Position numbers and translations under genes: made by a program. A stretch of 33,529 nucleotides of DNA. Source: Enterocloster sp. (GTDB taxonomy: Bacteria > Bacillota > Clostridia > Lachnospirales > Lachnospiraceae). Below, in pieces: positions 29,009 to 33,529 of this stretch; position 1 is the stretch's first letter; each line of letters opens with the position of its first letter. The stretch is from NCBI GenBank assembly GCA_050872205.1, contig JBNMGK010000001.1, positions 1-33,529 of the forward strand. The letters are read 5' to 3'. The notes beneath the pieces are model-generated. The model did not search any database, was not told where the DNA came from, and saw only the letters and a program-made list of their open reading frames with translations.

Positions 29009-29839
29009 ATGTATCAGGAAGACAGTTTTAAAACAAGTCAGGTAGTGTATGCCCATACCCGCAGTGATGAGGCGGATATGGAATACAAGATGCACTGTCA
29101 CAACAGTTATGAGATCTACTACATGGTCAAAGGCAATGTGGAGTACTTTCTGGAGGGAACTTCTTATGTACCAAAGCCGGGAAGTCTTCTGATCATTCCG
29201 CCAAACTGTTTCCACGGGCTGCGGGTTCTTGACGGCAGCGAGTATCACCGGATCCGCCTGCACTTTGTGCCGGAGCTTCTCACAGAGAAAGAAAGACAGC
29301 TGCTTTTAGGAATTATTGGAAAAAGCTGGGGGTATATGGAAGAACAGTTCCGGGCAGAATGGTATTTTAATTCCCTGGAAGAATGTGGTTCTTACAGCAG
29401 AGAACTGCAGGATATTGCAATCCGCCCACGAATTGTGTCGCTTTTGGCCTATTTATCTGCAATGTATGAGAAGGGTGCGGGCCGGGGACCTGGCAAGGAA
29501 GATGTGGCCCAGGAGATCCTGCGTTACATTAATGAGCACCTTACGGAGCATCTTACATTAGAGGGACTTGCAGATACATTTTATATGAGCAAGAACCACC
29601 TGACAGCTATTTTTAAGCGGGCGGCAGGTACCACGGTGGCCCGGTACATTTTATATAAAAGGATGACTATTGCAAGGAAAGAACTGGCTGGTGGGACGCC
29701 GGCGGCAGAGGCTGCAGTGAAAGCCGGGTTTGGAGATTATTCCAGCTTCTTTCGGGCATACAGGAAAATGTTTGGCTGTGCCCCTTCGGATCAGCAGGCA
29801 ATGGAACTGCCGGATATGGATAAGAGCGGGGATTTTTAG
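29009..29839 (+). CDS. AraC-family transcriptional regulator with cupin sensor domain
   Basis: MHCHNSYEIYY...PPNCFH cupin; C-terminal double HTH ending AGFGDYSSFFRAYRKMFGCAP. Confidence 0.93.
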   Translation: MYQEDSFKTSQVVYAHTRSDEADMEYKMHCHNSYEIYYMVKGNVEYFLEGTSYVPKPGSLLIIPPNCFHGLRVLDGSEYHRIRLHFVPELLTEKERQLLLGIIGKSWGYMEEQFRAEWYFNSLEECGSYSRELQDIAIRPRIVSLLAYLSAMYEKGAGRGPGKEDVAQEILRYINEHLTEHLTLEGLADTFYMSKNHLTAIFKRAAGTTVARYILYKRMTIARKELAGGTPAAEAAVKAGFGDYSSFFRAYRKMFGCAPSDQQAMELPDMDKSGDF

Positions 29840-29858
29840 TCAGTGTTTATGGCTATAT

Positions 29859-29878
29859 TCTTTATACAATCTTTATAC
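29859..29878 (+). promoter_or_regulatory. KdpE/OmpR-type direct repeat operator
   Basis: TCTTTATAC twice with 11-bp period, upstream of an extended -10 TGTCATAAT (29917-29925). Confidence 0.65.
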
Positions 29879-29966
29879 GGAGCATTGTATTTTTAACAGA
29901 AACTTTGAGGGGATTATGTCATAATGAAATGACATTGGCGGTAAAAGGGCTGTTACAGGAGGAAAA

Positions 29967-31310
29967 ATGGAATTATTTCAAAAAAAGAAGAACTTATCTT
30001 CTTTTCAGATCATTATATTTGGTTTTTTGGCAGTTATATTAGTGGGGACACTGCTTTTAATGCTGCCGTTTGCATCCAGGGAGCCGGGATGTGCCCCTTT
30101 TCTGGATGCTTTGTTTACAGCTACATCAGCTACCTGTGTGACCGGGCTGATCGTCCATGATACAGCTACTTACTGGAGCAGTTTTGGACAGGCGGTGATC
30201 CTTTTATTGATCCAGATCGGCGGAATGGGCGTTGTGACCATTACTGTGGCTGTAGCCATGGTTTCAGGAAAGAAGATCGGCCTGATGCAAAGAAGCCTGA
30301 TGCAGGAGTCTATTTCTGCGCCACAGGTAGGCGGCATTGTCCGGTTTACAGGATTTTTCTTAAAAGGCATTGCGCTGATCGAGGTTCTGGGAGCTGTTTT
30401 GCTGGCACCGGTGTTTATCAGGGATTTTGGTGTAGGAAAAGGCATCTGGTATAGCGTTTTTCATTCCATTTCTGCGTTCTGCAACGCAGGATTTGATCTG
30501 ATGGGAGTGCGGCAGCAGTATTCCTCTCTGACGTATTATGCAGGAAACGGGCTTGTAAATGTGGTCATTGTGCTGCTCATACTGATCGGCGGCCTGGGAT
30601 TTCTTACCTGGGAAGATATAAAGACCAATAAGCTGGAGTTTAAAAAATACAGGATGCAGAGCAAGGTAATACTGGTAACAGATCTGATCCTGGTGATCGT
30701 GCCTACGGTTATTTTCTATTTTGGGGAGTTTCACGGATCCCAGTGGGGCAATGGACTGGAGCGGTTCTGGCTTTCTCTGTTCCAGGCTGTAACACCAAGA
30801 ACGGCTGGATTTAATACAGTGGATTTCGGTCAGATGAGCGAAGGCGGCCGGTTTTTAATGGTCATGTTAATGCTGATCGGCGGCGCGCCGGGATCTACAG
30901 CAGGCGGTATGAAAATGACTACCATTGCAGTTTTACTGCTGTCAACAGCGGCTGTATTTCGCAGAAAAGAAGATGCCCAGTGCTTTGGCAGACGTATCCC
31001 AACGGAAACTGTGAGGTATGCGGCAGTGGTCATGCTGATGTATATGGTGCTTTGTACAGTAGGCGGACTGTTTTTGTGTTACGCAGAGGGACTGCCTGTG
31101 CTTACAAGCTTGTTTGAGGCCGGTTCTGCCATTGCAACAGTAGGATTGACACTGGGTGTAACACCTACATTGGGAGTGGCTGCAAGGCTGGTGCTTATTG
31201 TTTTAATGTACTGCGGACGTGTAGGCGGCCTGACGCTGGTATTTGCGGCGCTGTCCGGTATGCGGCCCAATATGACAAAATTCCCGCAGGAGAAGATCAC
31301 AGTGGGATAA
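29967..31310 (+). CDS. ktrB: KtrB/TrkH-family potassium uptake membrane subunit
   Basis: Four pore loops TATSATCVTGL, SAFCNAGF, TPRTAGF, SAIATVGL; STAGGMK; MYCGRVG. Confidence 0.92.
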   Translation: MELFQKKKNLSSFQIIIFGFLAVILVGTLLLMLPFASREPGCAPFLDALFTATSATCVTGLIVHDTATYWSSFGQAVILLLIQIGGMGVVTITVAVAMVSGKKIGLMQRSLMQESISAPQVGGIVRFTGFFLKGIALIEVLGAVLLAPVFIRDFGVGKGIWYSVFHSISAFCNAGFDLMGVRQQYSSLTYYAGNGLVNVVIVLLILIGGLGFLTWEDIKTNKLEFKKYRMQSKVILVTDLILVIVPTVIFYFGEFHGSQWGNGLERFWLSLFQAVTPRTAGFNTVDFGQMSEGGRFLMVMLMLIGGAPGSTAGGMKMTTIAVLLLSTAAVFRRKEDAQCFGRRIPTETVRYAAVVMLMYMVLCTVGGLFLCYAEGLPVLTSLFEAGSAIATVGLTLGVTPTLGVAARLVLIVLMYCGRVGGLTLVFAALSGMRPNMTKFPQEKITVG

Positions 31311-31387
31311 TACGGGAATATTAATATACCGCCGCGTATGCGGCGGGTATCAGATATGGGAAATGGAAAAATAAGGAGGAAAATAGT

Positions 31388-32035
31388 TTGAAATCAATCT
31401 TATTAATCGGACTTGGAAGATTTGGAAGACATGTTGCGGAGAAATTAAATGAGTTAAACCACCAGGTTTTAGCAGTGGATAAAGAGGAAGACCGTGTAGA
31501 GGCAGTGCTTCCTTTTGTCACCAGCGGACAGATCGGGGACAGCACAAACATTGAATTTTTACAGTCTTTGGGAATTGGAAATTTTGATGTATGCATCGTA
31601 GCCATTGGCGGGGATTTTCAGAGCTCTCTGGAGACAACGGCCTATTTAAAGGATCTGGGTGCAAAACTGGTAGTTTCCAGAGCTGCAAGGGATGTTCATG
31701 CAAGGTTCTTACTGCGAAATGGCGCAGATGAGATCGTGTACCCGGAAAAACAGCTGGCAAACTGGACGGCGATCCGCTACAGCTCAGAGCATATTTTCGA
31801 CTATATCCAGCTTTCCGATGACCATGCTATTTTTGAGATCAGCATACCGGAAAACTGGGTGGGAAAAACCATTGGAAATATTGATATCAGAAAGAAATAC
31901 AACATCAATATTATGGCGTTGAAACGAAATGGCAAGCTGGAAATGTCCATTAACCCGGATACTGTGTTAGACGGAGATGCCACTATGCTGGTCCTTGGAG
32001 GAAGCAAGGATATCCAGAGGTGTTTTCATATCTGA
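31388..32035 (+). CDS. ktrA: KtrA/TrkA-family RCK regulatory subunit
   Basis: GLGRFG Rossmann motif, GADEIVYPE, RCK_C domain; TTG start with AAGGAGG RBS. Confidence 0.92.
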   Translation: MKSILLIGLGRFGRHVAEKLNELNHQVLAVDKEEDRVEAVLPFVTSGQIGDSTNIEFLQSLGIGNFDVCIVAIGGDFQSSLETTAYLKDLGAKLVVSRAARDVHARFLLRNGADEIVYPEKQLANWTAIRYSSEHIFDYIQLSDDHAIFEISIPENWVGKTIGNIDIRKKYNINIMALKRNGKLEMSINPDTVLDGDATMLVLGGSKDIQRCFHI

Positions 32036-32116
32036 TCCAGGTGAAATTCCAGGTAAGATCAAGGCGGTTTGTTATGAAAAAATGACAGATCAGGAATGGT
32101 TTTGGGAGAAAAACAC

Positions 32117-33529
32117 ATGGAAGAACGGATATTGGTCTGCCTGTCATCTTCGCCGTCTAACGTAAAGATCATACGGACTGCTGCACAGATGGCAGAGGCT
32201 TTTGGGGGCACATTGACAGCCTTGTTTGTGGAGACACCTTCGGCGGCTCAAATGGGCAAGGAAAATAAAGAACGGCTGAAAGGAAATATAAAGCTGGCGA
32301 AACGCCTGGGAGCAGAGGTGGAAACGGTTTATGGGGATGATATCCCCTTTCAGATCGCAGAATTTGCCCGGCTTTCAGGAATTACAAGGATCGTCATCGG
32401 CCGCAGTGCTGTAAAGAAAAAGGGTATATTTCCAGGTGCTTCCCTGGTGGAAAGCCTGATTGAGCATGCACCGGAAATGGAGATCTATATTATACCTGAC
32501 AGCCAGATGGGACCTGAGGTGATCCGCAAATGGAACCGGCTGGCGCAAAAGAATGCGTTTTCACTTAAGGCAGTGGTCCGGAGCGCAGGCATTTTATTTG
32601 CGGCTACAGCCGTAGGCTGGTTGTTTGAAAAGCTGAAGCTGACAGATGCAAATATTATTACTGTTTACATTTTGGGCGTGCTTCTGATCTCCATAGTGAC
32701 GGAAGGCTGGTTTTACAGTTTTTCAGCTACTATAGCCAGTGTTCTGGTCTTTAATTTTCTGTTTACGGCACCACGTTTTACACTTCGGGCGTATGACCGC
32801 AGTTATCCTTTTACCTTTGCAGTCATGTTTCTTGCTGCACTGATCACAGGTTCTCTGGCATCCAGGCTGAAACAGCATGCAGGACAGGCAGCCAGGGATG
32901 CATACCGGCTTAAGGTGCTGTTAGACACAAACCAGCTTTTACAGCAGGCTAAGGGAAAAGCAGAGATCTTAGAAGGAACGGCACAGCAGATCGTTAAACT
33001 TTTAAAAAGAGAAACGGTGATCTATGATGTAAAAAATGGAAAACTGGAGCAGCCTTTGCGCCGGGTTCCCCAGGGGGAAGAAGAAATCATTATTGAAGAT
33101 GAAAACTGTGAGGAGCAGGCGGCTGCATGGGCTTTGGAGAATAATCGTCACGCAGGAACAGGAACAGACCGTTTTAAACAGGCAAAAAGGCAGTATCTGG
33201 CGATCCGTGTAAACAGTACGGTTTATGGCGTGGTGGGAATTATGATCCAGAAACAGCCGTTGGGTGCATTTGAAAACAGTGTATTATTGTCTATCTTGGG
33301 AGAATGCGCTCTTGCACTGGAGAATGATAAAAACGTGCGGGAAAAGGAAGAGGCAGCAATTCTGGCAAAGAATGAGCAGCTAAGGGCGAACCTGTTAAGG
33401 ACGATCTCCCATGATTTAAGAACGCCTCTCACATCCATTTCCGGCAATGCAAGCAATCTTCTTTACAACGAAAGCCGTCTGGATGATCAGATGCGCAGGC
33501 AGATCTATGGGGATATTTATGATGATTCC
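32117..33529 (+). CDS. kdpD: KdpD-type sensor histidine kinase lacking the N-terminal KdpD domain (3' end outside window; absent from ORF track)
   Basis: Manual translation: MEERILVCLSSSPSNVKIIRTAAQMA (Usp domain), TM block, GAF-like region, H-box LRANLLRTISHDLRTPLTSISG in the same frame. GGGAG RBS 8 nt upstream. Confidence 0.9.
   Translation, partial: MEERILVCLSSSPSNVKIIRTAAQMAEAFGGTLTALFVETPSAAQMGKENKERLKGNIKLAKRLGAEVETVYGDDIPFQIAEFARLSGITRIVIGRSAVKKKGIFPGASLVESLIEHAPEMEIYIIPDSQMGPEVIRKWNRLAQKNAFSLKAVVRSAGILFAATAVGWLFEKLKLTDANIITVYILGVLLISIVTEGWFYSFSATIASVLVFNFLFTAPRFTLRAYDRSYPFTFAVMFLAALITGSLASRLKQHAGQAARDAYRLKVLLDTNQLLQQAKGKAEILEGTAQQIVKLLKRETVIYDVKNGKLEQPLRRVPQGEEEIIIEDENCEEQAAAWALENNRHAGTGTDRFKQAKRQYLAIRVNSTVYGVVGIMIQKQPLGAFENSVLLSILGECALALENDKNVREKEEAAILAKNEQLRANLLRTISHDLRTPLTSISGNASNLLYNESRLDDQMRRQIYGDIYDDS

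Noticed and set aside
31977-32165. 62-aa ORF as a possible frameshifted KdpD N-terminus
   Set aside because: Overlaps ktrA and shows no KdpD-domain or Walker A motif.

Overview
Origin-proximal chromosomal segment of a low-GC Gram-positive anaerobe; gene order and content suggest Lachnospiraceae (Blautia-like), which is inference. It runs mnmE (5' partial)-mnmG-rsmG, an inserted LacI regulator / nfo / alpha-beta-hydrolase block, parA-parB-DUF4446, a large membrane-anchored hypothetical protein, murA, SAM-I riboswitch-metK, adhE with likely Rex boxes, adenosine deaminase, gdhA, an accessory catabolic cluster, an AEC transporter, an AraC regulator and a ktrB-ktrA-kdpD (3' partial) potassium operon. 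Five perfect parS palindromes are present. Best candidates for new biology: (1) the cluster at 21.3-27.5 kb (MtaA/CmuA-type methyltransferase, CdaR-type regulator, GntP permease, methylthioribose-kinase-like phosphotransferase, and an enolase homologue with a remodelled active site, E168D and H373A in yeast numbering), suggesting an undescribed kinase+enolase route for a substituted glycerate-like acid; (2) a likely ~120-nt minus-strand sRNA with three C-rich anti-Shine-Dalgarno motifs at 28.7-28.8 kb; (3) a KdpD lacking its N-terminal sensor domain, coupled to a Ktr/Trk channel preceded by a KdpE-type box. All calls come from reading the sequence; no searches were run.
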